A program made the translations under genes and the position numbers. Below, one piece after another: positions 28,287 through 38,670 of a stretch of 64,000 bases of DNA (position 1 is the first letter of the stretch; each line of letters begins with the position of its first letter). Source of the stretch: Clostridia bacterium. GTDB taxonomy: Bacteria; Bacillota; Clostridia; Oscillospirales; CAG-382. The DNA lies in the NCBI GenBank assembly GCA_017397955.1, contig JAFQHL010000031.1:8191-72190 (forward strand), in the 5' to 3' direction. The notes beneath the pieces were generated by a model. That model was not told the origin of the DNA and searched no databases. It saw only the letters and a list, made by a program, of their open reading frames with translations.

Positions 28287-30990
28287 CGTACTTTTCCTTT
28301 CTGTTTTTGGTTTTATAAATTTTAATAAGCTCAATTATCATAAGTGTTCCTTGAAACAGCGCAAAGACCGCCGCAGGTATTATAACCGAGTAAAGCGTTT
28401 GGATATAATTCGGGCGGGAATACATTAGATTTTGCGCTATCGAAGGGAGCACAAAACACAGGGCACAGGCGCCTATTGCCACAGCCGCACCTGCAAAAAT
28501 TTGCCATGTTTTAAAGGCAGAGGAGTGCAAAACGTGTTGCTGTTCCGCACCAAAAAGAAGCCCCAACGCCATAAATACGGTAAACGCCAATAGAGTAGCG
28601 GTATAACGGCTTTCTTCCGTGCCGCCAAGGGATTTAAGTAACAGGCTAAGCCCTATAATACCTAAACCGGCTACGGTACCGTATATAAGAGTAAACAGTT
28701 TCCCGCGTATACCGCCGCGGTAATCGGTCTTGTCTTCCAAAAGTCGCCTGTGGTCGGAGGTGAACACGGCAGAGAACGCCAAAATTAAGTTAAGGCAAAC
28801 GCCGCCTATTAAAACGTCCTGCAATCTAAGCGGTGCTTCAATGGGCGCAAACAGTCCTGCAAGCATACACACAAAGCTTGTAATCCCCGCCAATGCCAGC
28901 TGACGGGCAGAGCTTACAATTCGCTTGTAAATCATTTTTGAATAGCGCAGTACCGCTTCCACCGTTTTAAGCCCCCGCTTATACAGCAGTACGTCTGCCG
29001 CGTATTTAACCGTCTCAGGTGAATCTGCTGCGGGAACAAAGCTGGCGTCTGCCGCCTTCATAAGCGCAAGTCTGTCGGTACTATGAGCTGTAACCGCCAC
29101 GGTTTTTCCGCTGTCCTTGCGTAGCTCAAGCACATCCTGCCATTGCAGGTCGTTAAGGTTAAGATACAGCTTGTATTTGTGGTTATCCGCTATGTAAAGC
29201 CCGCGGTCAAGGAACCTTAGCTCTTCAGCGGAAAGCACCTGCTTTTCATTTTCTATTATTCCCGCGTTGCGTGCCATATTAACTGCCGTAACATAGGCAT
29301 CGTCAGAAAGCATAACCGTTTCTATACCGCCTGCGGCACATTTATACACCGCACTGGCAGAATCAAGCTCCAAGGAGGTGTAAAGCCCTATAAATCCGTT
29401 AAGCACCAAGCGGCGTTCCGCCATTACCGTGTTGCGTAAGCTGTCACAGTCGCAAACGGCAGAGGCAACGGCTATTACGTGTTGGGATGCCTCACCCATA
29501 TCGCGGGCAGCTTCCTCCATACGACGGCGTGAATAATCATCAAACCTGTTGTTTGTGCCTTGTGCATCGTAGCCCGCACAAAGCGGCAATATCTCCTCAG
29601 GCTTACCGCGTATTATAAGCAAATTGCTGTCGTTGTGAAGATACAGTGCGCGGCGCACTACGCCGTCCTTATCGTGTTCAGCCTCTATTCTAAAAAAGCT
29701 TTCTTTAAAACTATCAATATTTATACCTATTTCATCACAGGCACGTGCAAGGCAAACATCGGCAGGCATACCGTAAAATTTCTCACCCAAACGCCCCTTA
29801 CTGCCACTTCTGCGTACATCAGAGCACAGCAAGGCATAGGTCATTACTTTTCTTATATCCTCGCGGCTTTCCGGCGTTACGGCATAGTAGCTGCGGTTGA
29901 TGAATACACGCTTCGGTTCCAGCTCACTTAGCGGAAAAGCAACCTCTTTGTCGCACATAACCGTGTCTGTAAGACACAGTGTATCCACTGCCGCCGCCTT
30001 GCGTAGAACCGCCGAGTTCTTGTACATATTCCGTACACCCAGCGCAAAGCCCGTAAGCATAAGCGCGCGCCCGCTGCTTTGCATACAACAAATGGTACAC
30101 GCCAAGGCGTTAAGATACATACTAACCAACGGCTTGCCCATAAAGAAGCCCGTAAGCACCAAAGCAAAACACAGTACGGCAGTGCCTATTGTTAAGACAT
30201 CCAGCGACCTTTTTGTTCTGTGGTATACCTTGGGAAGCTGTTCTTCCGGCTCTGCCCCTTGCTTAAACAAGCGGCAATTACTGCCGGTGCGGCATACTAT
30301 GGCGGTAGCTTTGCCGGATGTTACTATTGTTCCGGCATAAACCATATTGTAGCTGCCGTTTTTTTCGTCATCGCCTAAATATTCCGCATCCTTTTCCGTA
30401 GAAACCTTAACTCCTGTTACCGGTGTTTCCAGTACGCAAAGTCTGTTAGACTCTGAAAGTCTTGCATCGGCGGGTACAATGCTGCCGCTGCCCAGCTCTA
30501 TAATATCGCCGGGGACAAGGGCAACCGTCCCTACAGAAAGCATCTTGCCCTCCCTCAGCACAACGCTTCTAAGGGCGGTGTTGTTTATGCTTTTGTTAAG
30601 TGATGAGGCGGCGCGTTGCTCCAAAAAAGCGTTAATCAGCATTATTGCCAGCAGTATTGCCGCCAAGGGAGTAAATATCTCCGCCCCATTCGTAAATATG
30701 GCGCATACCAAAAGGCTTGCTATCATAAGAGGAGTACATATACCCAACAGCTGTTTTTTTACGCAGTTGCCAAGGGATTCGTCATAAACCTTTTCACGGT
30801 TATTAAGCCCGTGCTCCATACGCGCCTTGCGTACCTGCTGTTTTGTAAGCCCTCTGCTCATATCTGTGCCGAAATGGGCGGCAACCTCAAACGCCTCCAT
30901 CTCCGCAGGGTTAAAGCCGCTTTTGGCTTTACCTGTGCCGGGGGCTATTTGGTATGTGTCTGTGGGTCTTGCCAGCTCTTGTTTTTTCAT
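28273..30990 (-). CDS. Cation-transporting P-type ATPase homolog (Ca2+-ATPase-like) with degenerate catalytic motifs
   Basis: GL...HGLN, LVPGDI...VPADARL, ~10 TM layout; DKTGT, TGES, PEGL and GDGVND motifs altered. Confidence 0.8.
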   Translation of the reverse strand: MKKQELARPTDTYQIAPGTGKAKSGFNPAEMEAFEVAAHFGTDMSRGLTKQQVRKARMEHGLNNREKVYDESLGNCVKKQLLGICTPLMIASLLVCAIFTNGAEIFTPLAAILLAIMLINAFLEQRAASSLNKSINNTALRSVVLREGKMLSVGTVALVPGDIIELGSGSIVPADARLSESNRLCVLETPVTGVKVSTEKDAEYLGDDEKNGSYNMVYAGTIVTSGKATAIVCRTGSNCRLFKQGAEPEEQLPKVYHRTKRSLDVLTIGTAVLCFALVLTGFFMGKPLVSMYLNALACTICCMQSSGRALMLTGFALGVRNMYKNSAVLRKAAAVDTLCLTDTVMCDKEVAFPLSELEPKRVFINRSYYAVTPESREDIRKVMTYALLCSDVRRSGSKGRLGEKFYGMPADVCLARACDEIGINIDSFKESFFRIEAEHDKDGVVRRALYLHNDSNLLIIRGKPEEILPLCAGYDAQGTNNRFDDYSRRRMEEAARDMGEASQHVIAVASAVCDCDSLRNTVMAERRLVLNGFIGLYTSLELDSASAVYKCAAGGIETVMLSDDAYVTAVNMARNAGIIENEKQVLSAEELRFLDRGLYIADNHKYKLYLNLNDLQWQDVLELRKDSGKTVAVTAHSTDRLALMKAADASFVPAADSPETVKYAADVLLYKRGLKTVEAVLRYSKMIYKRIVSSARQLALAGITSFVCMLAGLFAPIEAPLRLQDVLIGGVCLNLILAFSAVFTSDHRRLLEDKTDYRGGIRGKLFTLIYGTVAGLGIIGLSLLLKSLGGTEESRYTATLLAFTVFMALGLLFGAEQQHVLHSSAFKTWQIFAGAAVAIGACALCFVLPSIAQNLMYSRPNYIQTLYSVIIPAAVFALFQGTLMIIELIKIYKTKNRKEKYDEIH

Positions 30991-31026
30991 ATATCCTTAT
31001 TCCCCGACAAAATCTGTCTGCGTGCC

Positions 31027-33297
31027 TTAAATACAAGCAACGCAAAGCTCTCCGTTTTCGGCGGTAATGCTTACCGCGCTAACGGGTGTTCTGTAGTTTT
31101 CTATTATCTTTGCGGCAACCGCATCCTCTACCTGTGTTTGTATAAGCCTACGCAGGTTCCTTGCACCGTACTTGTCGGAATATCCCTTTTCGGTAAGTGC
31201 CTCTACAGCCGCATCGTCCCATACAAGCTGTATGTCCTTTTCCTCCAGTACTTCCTTAAGGTCACCAAGCATTATGCCGCATATTTTCTTAATGTTTTCT
31301 TTGGAAAGGCGGTTAAACACCACTATCTCGTCAACGCGGTTAATAAATTCGGGGCGCAAAAACTTTTCCAGCGCCTTCATTGTACGGTCGCGGTCGTTGG
31401 TGGCGGCATCTGCACTAAAGCCCGCTGTGGGACTGGTGTTTGCAGAGCCTGCGTTGGTGGTCATTATTATAACCGTGCTTTCAAAATTTATCTCTTTGCC
31501 GTGGCTGTCGGTTATTCTGCCGTCATCCAGTATTTGAAGCAGAATATTCATCACATCGGGATGCGCCTTTTCTATTTCGTCAAACAGCACTACGCTGTAG
31601 GGCTTGCGGCGTATCTTTTCCGTAAGCTGACCTGCATCGTCATAGCCCACATAGCCGGGAGGAGAGCCGATAATACGAGATACGGAGTATTTTTCCATAA
31701 ACTCAGACATATCAAGGCGTATAAGGCTTTCGGGGCTGTCAAACAAATAGTTGGCAAGCACCTTAACAAGCTCTGTTTTACCCACACCCGTACTGCCCGC
31801 AAAAATAAAGGAAACTGGCTTTTTTTTGTAGGATATCCCTGCACGACTGCGTTTTATGGCCTTTGCCACCTTGTTTATGGCTTCATCTTGACCGATAATG
31901 CGGCTTTGCAGTTCTTTTTCCAAACGGTCTATTTTTGCAAACTCGTTTTCTGTAATACTGCTGGCGGGTATCCCCGTCCAAATTTCTATAACGCGGGCGA
32001 TATCGTCATCGGTAAGATACAGCTTGTCGCGCTTTTTTGAAAGCTTTTTGAATTCCTCCTGCTTTTGCGCTTCCTCTGTGCGGAGGTCAGCAAGCAGGCG
32101 GTAGCTTTCTTCATTCTGCTCGCCCGCTTCAAGCTCTTCTCTGCGTGCCGCCAAAGATTCAAGCTCCTTGTCCAGCTCCGCAAGCTTGTTCACCACGGGG
32201 GAATCCATAGCAAGGCGGGATGCCGCTTCGTCCATAAGGTCTATAGCCTTATCGGGCAGGTAACGGTCTGTAATATAACGCTCGGAAAGCATTACCATAC
32301 GGCGGATAAGTCCTTCGGTAATCTTAATGCCGTGATAATCCTCGTAGTATTGCTTTATACCCTTGAGGATCTTGACTGTATCTTCAATATTGGGCTCGTC
32401 AATCATAACGGGCTGGAATCTGCGCTCAAGGGCAGAGTCCTTTTCTATATACTTTCTGTATTCCGTAAGTGTGGTTGCGCCAATCATTTGTATTTCCCCG
32501 CGGGAAAGAGCAGGTTTAAGGATGTTTGCGGCGTTCATACCACCCTCTGCCGCACCGGCAGAAACCATGGAGTGTACCTCGTCAAGCACCAAAATGATGT
32601 TGCCCAACTTCTTAACTTCGTCAATAAGCCCCTTGATGCGGTTTTCAAACTGACCTCTGAACTGGGTGCCCGCAACAATAGCGGTCATATCCATAAGGTG
32701 AACTTCCTTGTCCTTTAGCTTATAGGGCACTCTGCCCTCTGCTATTGCGCTTGCCAAAGCCTCTGCAACGGCGGTTTTACCAACACCCGGCTCGCCTATA
32801 AGACAGGGGTTGTTCTTTTGGCGGCGACAAAGTATCTGCATAACTCTGCCCAGCTCTTTATCTCTGCCAACAATCTTGTCCAGCTTGCCTTCTCTTGCCT
32901 TTGCGGTAAGGTCCTGACAAAATTGGCTAAGATGCTTCCTTTCGGATTTCTTCTTATCCTCTGCCTTTTTTTCGCCGTTTTGTGTCTGCTTTGCGCCCTG
33001 CCCGCCCTGCATACGGGGGAATATGGAGCCAAAGTTTATGGCAGGTGCTCTGCCGCTGTCGTCATCGTCAGCGTTTTCTTCGTCATCCGTAGGCATAAGG
33101 GCAGAAACCTCGTCCATCATAGCGTCAAGGTCTTCCTCATTTATACCCATTTTTTCAATTATGTCCGTAACAGGCTTAACGCCCAGTTCTTTGGCACATT
33201 TAAGGCAAAGCCCTTCGTTTATTGTTTTATTTCCCTCTATTCGGGTTACAAACACAACTGCAACCCTCTCTTTGCAACGGGAGCACATTTTTGTCAT
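31027..33297 (-). CDS. ATP-dependent Clp protease ATPase subunit with N-terminal Zn finger (ClpE/ClpC type)
   Basis: CSRC...CLKC N-terminus; [48 protein letters not shown]. Confidence 0.93.
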   Translation of the reverse strand: MTKMCSRCKERVAVVFVTRIEGNKTINEGLCLKCAKELGVKPVTDIIEKMGINEEDLDAMMDEVSALMPTDDEENADDDDSGRAPAINFGSIFPRMQGGQGAKQTQNGEKKAEDKKKSERKHLSQFCQDLTAKAREGKLDKIVGRDKELGRVMQILCRRQKNNPCLIGEPGVGKTAVAEALASAIAEGRVPYKLKDKEVHLMDMTAIVAGTQFRGQFENRIKGLIDEVKKLGNIILVLDEVHSMVSAGAAEGGMNAANILKPALSRGEIQMIGATTLTEYRKYIEKDSALERRFQPVMIDEPNIEDTVKILKGIKQYYEDYHGIKITEGLIRRMVMLSERYITDRYLPDKAIDLMDEAASRLAMDSPVVNKLAELDKELESLAARREELEAGEQNEESYRLLADLRTEEAQKQEEFKKLSKKRDKLYLTDDDIARVIEIWTGIPASSITENEFAKIDRLEKELQSRIIGQDEAINKVAKAIKRSRAGISYKKKPVSFIFAGSTGVGKTELVKVLANYLFDSPESLIRLDMSEFMEKYSVSRIIGSPPGYVGYDDAGQLTEKIRRKPYSVVLFDEIEKAHPDVMNILLQILDDGRITDSHGKEINFESTVIIMTTNAGSANTSPTAGFSADAATNDRDRTMKALEKFLRPEFINRVDEIVVFNRLSKENIKKICGIMLGDLKEVLEEKDIQLVWDDAAVEALTEKGYSDKYGARNLRRLIQTQVEDAVAAKIIENYRTPVSAVSITAENGELCVACI

Positions 33298-33347
33298 AGT
33301 CTGCTAAAAACGCCCGCCTTTTGGGGCGTATACCTCCAAATTTATTG

Positions 33348-34079
33348 TTAAAGAATATTTGCTAAAAAGTTTCCGTTTTCAAAAAATCTGTACAGTACGG
33401 AATTTGCGGGGTCTATGCTTGCTATCCAGTCAAGCCCCGCACTGCTTGCCAAGGGCAGTACAAGCTTCAAGGTAAAGCACAGCAAGAACACTCTGAAAAC
33501 TGCAAGGATAATACCTGCAACGGCACCCAGCATTTTGTTTGCCTGTCTAAGAACGGGTAACGCTACAACCTTATCCAAAATTATTTCTATAATCTTTATA
33601 AGAATTCTTGCGCCAATAAACAACACAAGGTAGGCAAGTGCGTTACAGCAAAGTCTTACACCGGGCTTTGTAAGCGTGTTTTTTAGGTTGGTTCTAACCT
33701 TTTCCAGTCCGTGTTCACGCCAGTCTGCATAGCTGCTTTGTATGCTTTCAAATTTATCCTCTGCACCAAACAGATTAAACACACGCTCCAGGGAGCTTTC
33801 TGCATCCTCATCTTCCTTCACTTTGTCGCTGAATATCTTTTCATAATTAGCTTCGGTAACGGTGCTGTCAATGGCACTGTGCACCACCTCTGCCATTTTG
33901 TCACCTATTACGCTGTTTTGCATTGCCGTAGAAACAGGAGAGCGGAAGGCAAGCGCTACCACCAACGCCAGCGCAAAGCCCAAGGTGCCCAAAATTGTGC
34001 GTACAAAGCCTCTTTGCATCGCCATAATAATGGTAATTGCTATTATGCCAACAATAATTATATCAATTAAAGCGGTCAT
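33348..34079 (-). CDS. CvpA (colicin V production) family membrane protein
   Basis: IDIII...QRGFVR; ANKMLGAVAG. Confidence 0.78.
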   Translation of the reverse strand: MTALIDIIIVGIIAITIIMAMQRGFVRTILGTLGFALALVVALAFRSPVSTAMQNSVIGDKMAEVVHSAIDSTVTEANYEKIFSDKVKEDEDAESSLERVFNLFGAEDKFESIQSSYADWREHGLEKVRTNLKNTLTKPGVRLCCNALAYLVLFIGARILIKIIEIILDKVVALPVLRQANKMLGAVAGIILAVFRVFLLCFTLKLVLPLASSAGLDWIASIDPANSVLYRFFENGNFLANIL

Positions 34080-35320
34080 TCTGCCGATTCCTCCTTGCTG
34101 TCATTAAATAACTCAGCAATGTTGTAAACATCGCCGGTGCCTTCGGTAAGCACCAAAAGCCTATCCTTTTCCACGGTCAAAAGCTCAAGTACGTCCGGCT
34201 CTACCGTGGTGCTTCTTATTTCGCCGTCACTAAGTCGCACCGCGTAAAGCAGGCTGTCGCTTACCACGTAAAGATAATCCCCGTGGCAACGGGCAAGCCT
34301 TACTCCTTTTTCGTAGCTGTCTGCGTATAAAAGGCTTCCGTCCGCTCCGCTGTACAGCTCTATGGTTTCTTCCGCGCTCATTGTTGCCGAAGAATACATA
34401 CGTATAAATCCGTGCTCGTCAATCTCAAAATCGTCAATGCCCGTAATACCAAACTCCGTGAAGGATAAAAGTGCACCGTCTTTATCAAAGAATCTGCAGC
34501 CCTTGTCGGTCAACATCATAAAGCCGTTGTCTTTGTTAAAGCATACCCTGTAGGGATATTCGCCTTCAAAGCTGATGCTTGCAAGGGTGCTTTCGTCGGT
34601 GAGGGGATGCAGCCCCAGCTCTGTTACAAAATTACCGCCCACCGCGGCAACAGATGCGGTAAGCAACCTGTCTGCGCTGTCGTTTATATCCACCGCAAGG
34701 GTGTATTGAGAACCAAAACTGCGTTTGTAAACCTCTCTGTACTTATCGTCGTATACAAAAACAGAGCTACGTGTGGTCTTTTCGTTGCTTGCTACGGCAA
34801 AATAGCCGCTGTCCGTTACCGCCGCCCCGCGGATTGCATAGTTAAAGCTTAAGGTTTTTACGGTATCCAAGGAGTTTTTTATAACAAACTCCTTGCCGCC
34901 CAAATCGTATATATACATATACTTTGCGCTCCACAGTACTTGCGGGTCGTCGGTTTTCAAAGCTACGTCTGCCGATTTGCGCTCGCCGTTAAGGCTGTAC
35001 ACTGTGCTGCCGTTGCTGTTAACCACTGCCAAATCGCCGCGCACAAAGGCAAAACGGTTATCCTCACTTTTATCGTAGTACAGGGTGTTGTACTTGGTAA
35101 CCTGTACGTTGTCACCGCTTAACGAATTAACAAGGTACTTAAAGTTATCCATATTTATTTCGTCGGTGTGGAAAGAAAATCCCCACAGCACCATAATAAG
35201 CGTAAGCAGTAAAACGGAGAACTTGCTTATCATGGTAACGGTACTTAAACGGCGGTAATGTGTACTGCTGTCTGTATCTTTTTTCTTTTTTTTGCCGCTG
35301 AAAACAGAAAACGCGCCCAA
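34076..35320 (-). CDS. Membrane-anchored beta-propeller protein (DUF5711-like)
   Basis: Single N-terminal TM; YIYDLGGK, GYFAV beta-repeats; position before cvpA. Confidence 0.6.
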   Translation of the reverse strand: MGAFSVFSGKKKKKDTDSSTHYRRLSTVTMISKFSVLLLTLIMVLWGFSFHTDEINMDNFKYLVNSLSGDNVQVTKYNTLYYDKSEDNRFAFVRGDLAVVNSNGSTVYSLNGERKSADVALKTDDPQVLWSAKYMYIYDLGGKEFVIKNSLDTVKTLSFNYAIRGAAVTDSGYFAVASNEKTTRSSVFVYDDKYREVYKRSFGSQYTLAVDINDSADRLLTASVAAVGGNFVTELGLHPLTDESTLASISFEGEYPYRVCFNKDNGFMMLTDKGCRFFDKDGALLSFTEFGITGIDDFEIDEHGFIRMYSSATMSAEETIELYSGADGSLLYADSYEKGVRLARCHGDYLYVVSDSLLYAVRLSDGEIRSTTVEPDVLELLTVEKDRLLVLTEGTGDVYNIAELFNDSKEESAE

Positions 35321-35347
35321 AACTACCGCCCCTTTCTTTAATACATT

Positions 35348-36130
35348 TTAATATCCGCTTTTAAACTCAATATTATCCGCGGTCATTTCTTTTATTCGTT
35401 CTTCAAGCTCTTCTTTGTTGTAAAAAACACGGTTAAGATACAATCCTTCCGCAGGTGCTGTAGGCCCCGCATCCTTCCTGTTACAGCTTTCAAGAGCTGT
35501 TTTTATATTGGTCTTTTTTAATAAAGTGCCTACCATAATCCGCACCATGTTATAAAGAAACCCGTCAGCCGCCGTGTAAATACAAATGTAATCGCCGCGG
35601 CGCACTACTCTAAAATAATACAAAGTTCGCACCGTGTCTTTGATTTTACTGCCCGCCGACATAAAGGCACCGAAATCGTGCTTGCCTTCAAAGGCGCGCC
35701 CTCTGGCATCTGCCTCTTTTTCGTCAATAGGGAAGGGGTACAGATGCACAAGCCCCCTTGTAAACGGATCCTTTATTCTGCTGTTCCGTATAACGTAAAG
35801 ATATTCCTTACCAAGTGCGCTGTATCTGGCGTGGAAATCGCTTTTTTCTATCCGTGCCGTGGTAACGCTAATGTCCTCCGGCAGGTGCATATTAAGTGCC
35901 AGCGGCAGTTTTTCCACAGCAATCTCTTTGGGGCTGTCTATGTGGCACACATAAGCCAGCGCGTGTACGCCGCCGTCGGTACGGCTGCAACCCGTAACAT
36001 CGGGACGGTAGCCAAACACCCGCTCTGCCGCATTTTGTATCAGCTCTTGCACGGCGGTAGCGTTTTTTTGCACCTGCCAGCCGCTGTAGCTGGTGCCTCT
36101 GTATGCCAAGGTCAATGCATATACAGGCAT
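35348..36130 (-). CDS. truA: tRNA pseudouridine(38-40) synthase
   Basis: YRGTSYSGWQVQ, SRTDGGVHA, FHARY, GFLYNMVR. Confidence 0.97.
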   Translation of the reverse strand: MPVYALTLAYRGTSYSGWQVQKNATAVQELIQNAAERVFGYRPDVTGCSRTDGGVHALAYVCHIDSPKEIAVEKLPLALNMHLPEDISVTTARIEKSDFHARYSALGKEYLYVIRNSRIKDPFTRGLVHLYPFPIDEKEADARGRAFEGKHDFGAFMSAGSKIKDTVRTLYYFRVVRRGDYICIYTAADGFLYNMVRIMVGTLLKKTNIKTALESCNRKDAGPTAPAEGLYLNRVFYNKEELEERIKEMTADNIEFKSGY

Positions 36131-36945
36131 TATACCGTCACCCCGTATCCGTTAATAAAGAATACGCCAATGCACACCCCAAGCATTACCGTAAAAAACA
36201 CGTAGTCTCTAAAACAGCTTTCCATCTGCTTCATACGGGTTCTGCCCTCTCCGCCGTGGTAACAGCGACACTCCATTGCCTCCGCCAGCTCATCCGCGCG
36301 GCGGAAGGAGGACACAAACAGAGGTATAAGTATGGGTATAAGCGCCTTTGCACGCTTAATCAGTCCGCCGGATTCCATATCCGCACCTCTTGCCTTCTGT
36401 GCTGACATAATCTTGTCGGTTTCTTCAATAAGCGTGGGGATAAACCTAAGCGCTATGGTCATCATCATAGCAAACTCGTGCACGGGCACTTTCAGCTTTT
36501 TAAGAGGAGAAAGCAGTCTTTCGATAGCGTCCGTCAAATCAAGCGGGGAAGTGGTGTAGGTCAGAATAACAAAACTGCCGCATACCAAGCAAATAAGGCG
36601 AATCATCATAAAGCCGGCGTAAATCAGCCCCTCCTTGTAGATTTGGATAAAATACCAATCCACAAGCAAAGTTTCCCCGCTGTAAAAGAATATGTTCAGC
36701 ACAGCGGTAAATATAAGAATAAATATTATCGCTTTAAGGTTTTTAAGCACTATCTTTACGGGTATGCGGGACAAAACCACAAGCACTGCCGTTACAGTCC
36801 CGATAAGCAAAAAGGAAAAGGCACTGTTTGCGGCTATAACGCCCACAATATACACAAGCAGTATAAGTATTTTAAACCGTGCATCGGTTTTGTGCAGTAA
36901 GGATTCTCCGGGGAAAAACTGCCCCAGCGTTACATCTCTAAGCAT
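36130..36945 (-). CDS. ecfT: ECF transporter transmembrane component T
   Basis: DARFK, IALRFIPT, AQKARG, AMECRCY. Confidence 0.95.
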   Translation of the reverse strand: MLRDVTLGQFFPGESLLHKTDARFKILILLVYIVGVIAANSAFSFLLIGTVTAVLVVLSRIPVKIVLKNLKAIIFILIFTAVLNIFFYSGETLLVDWYFIQIYKEGLIYAGFMMIRLICLVCGSFVILTYTTSPLDLTDAIERLLSPLKKLKVPVHEFAMMMTIALRFIPTLIEETDKIMSAQKARGADMESGGLIKRAKALIPILIPLFVSSFRRADELAEAMECRCYHGGEGRTRMKQMESCFRDYVFFTVMLGVCIGVFFINGYGVTV

Positions 36946-36958
36946 CTATAACTCCAAT

Positions 36959-37819
36959 TTATCTTGCTTTGTTTTCAAGTGTTTTCTTTAAGCGCTTAAC
37001 ACCCGCTTCTACCGTGTAAACATCGGTGTTATCAGCAAGTGCGCGTTTTGTAAGCTCTACAAACAGCTTTGTTACCTGCGGTAGGTCAAGGGATGCCTCA
37101 AATAGCTTTTCAGCATTGCTAAACACCTCGGCGGGTGTTCCTTGTAGGTGTACCTTCCCCTTGTCCAGCACCACTATATAGTCGCTGTACTTGGCAATAT
37201 CTTCCATACTGTGGGAGATTATTATCATAGTGCTTTTCTGTTTTCTTCTAAGCTCTAAAAGTCCGCCGATTATCTCCTCACGCCCTGCGGGGTCAAGGCC
37301 TGCTGCAGGCTCGTCAAGCACAAGCACTTCAGGGGTCATTGCCGCAACACCTGCTATGGCAACACGCCGTCTCTGACCGCCGGAAAGCTCAAAGGGTGAT
37401 TTGTTCAGCACCTTGCCGTCAACACCACAAAACTCAGCGGCTTCCCTTACTGCTTTGTCAAGAGCTTCACCCTCCATACCCATGTTTTTCGGACCAAAGG
37501 AAATGTCCTTGTAAACGCTGTCCTCAAAAAGCTGATATTCGGGGTATTGGAATACAAGCCCTACACGAAAACGCACCTTGTTTATTTCTTTGGGGTTTTC
37601 CCATATATCCTTGCCGCCCAGCAGAACAGTGCCCTCTGTGGGCTTGTTCAATCCGTTAAGTAGCATTGCAAGCGTGCTCTTGCCGCTACCCGTGTGACCT
37701 ATAATTCCCACAACACGGTCGTTGCCGAAATCTATACTTACATTGTCAAGTGCCTTTTTTTCAAAAGGCGTGCCGCTTCCGTATATTACAGAAACGTTTT
37801 TTACCTCTATAGAAGACAT
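36959..37819 (-). CDS. ecfA2: ECF transporter ATPase A2
   Basis: GTPFE, GHTGSGKST, FQYPEYQLF, SPFELSGGQ. Confidence 0.93.
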   Translation of the reverse strand: MSSIEVKNVSVIYGSGTPFEKKALDNVSIDFGNDRVVGIIGHTGSGKSTLAMLLNGLNKPTEGTVLLGGKDIWENPKEINKVRFRVGLVFQYPEYQLFEDSVYKDISFGPKNMGMEGEALDKAVREAAEFCGVDGKVLNKSPFELSGGQRRRVAIAGVAAMTPEVLVLDEPAAGLDPAGREEIIGGLLELRRKQKSTMIIISHSMEDIAKYSDYIVVLDKGKVHLQGTPAEVFSNAEKLFEASLDLPQVTKLFVELTKRALADNTDVYTVEAGVKRLKKTLENKAR

Positions 37820-37826
37820 CTGTCAA

Positions 37827-38663
37827 TTATCCCTTTACAAGTTTCTCTATGGCGTCAGCCGCCTCCATAGTGTGCAGAATACCCTTCGGTAGTTTGTAGC
37901 CTAAGGCTATCAGCTCGTCACACAGCTCTGTTATCTGCGGGGTTGCAAGGTTTGCCGCCCTAAGCTTGTCGCCCTCGGCAAAAACCTCCTTAGGTGTGCC
38001 GTCCATCAGTACCCGTCCGTTATCCAGCACTATAACGCGGTCAGCCTCCGCCGCCTCGTTCATATAGTGGGTTATGTTTATAACCGTCATGCCCTTCTCT
38101 TTATTGAGCCCTTTCATCCGCGCGGTGATATCCCGCCTGCCCAAAGGGTCAAGCATAGCCGTCGCCTCGTCAAATATTATACATTCGGGCATCATTGCCA
38201 ACACACCGGCAATGGCAACACGCTGTTTTTGACCGCCTGAAAGCTTATAAGTGGCGTGTTTTGCGTATTCGGTCATATCCACCGCCGCAAGACAATCGTC
38301 AACGGTCTTCCTTATCAGTGCGCTCTCCATCCCCAAGTTTTCAGGTGCAAAGGCAACGTCTTCTTCCACTACGCTGGCAACAAGCTGGTTATCGGGATTT
38401 TGAAAAATCATTCCACATTTCCTGCGTAGCTTAAAAAGCTCATCCTCATCTTTGGTGGAAAGCCCACCAACGGTAATATTGCCCGCATCCGGCATAAGCA
38501 CACCGCATATAAGCTTTGCAAGTGTGCTCTTTCCGCTGCCGTTTCTGCCAAGCACTGCGGTGTAACTGCCTTTTTCAAAGCTTAAATCCAAATTGTCAAA
38601 AATTTTAGTGCCGCCTTCCTCGTCATAAGAGAAGGAAAGTCCTTTTATCTCAATATAAGACAT
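37827..38663 (-). CDS. ecfA1: ECF transporter ATPase A1
   Basis: GRNGSGKST, FQNPDNQ, LSGGQKQR, DEATAMLDP; start at ATG 38663. Confidence 0.93.
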   Translation of the reverse strand: MSYIEIKGLSFSYDEEGGTKIFDNLDLSFEKGSYTAVLGRNGSGKSTLAKLICGVLMPDAGNITVGGLSTKDEDELFKLRRKCGMIFQNPDNQLVASVVEEDVAFAPENLGMESALIRKTVDDCLAAVDMTEYAKHATYKLSGGQKQRVAIAGVLAMMPECIIFDEATAMLDPLGRRDITARMKGLNKEKGMTVINITHYMNEAAEADRVIVLDNGRVLMDGTPKEVFAEGDKLRAANLATPQITELCDELIALGYKLPKGILHTMEAADAIEKLVKG

Positions 38664-38670
38664 ATCAACC

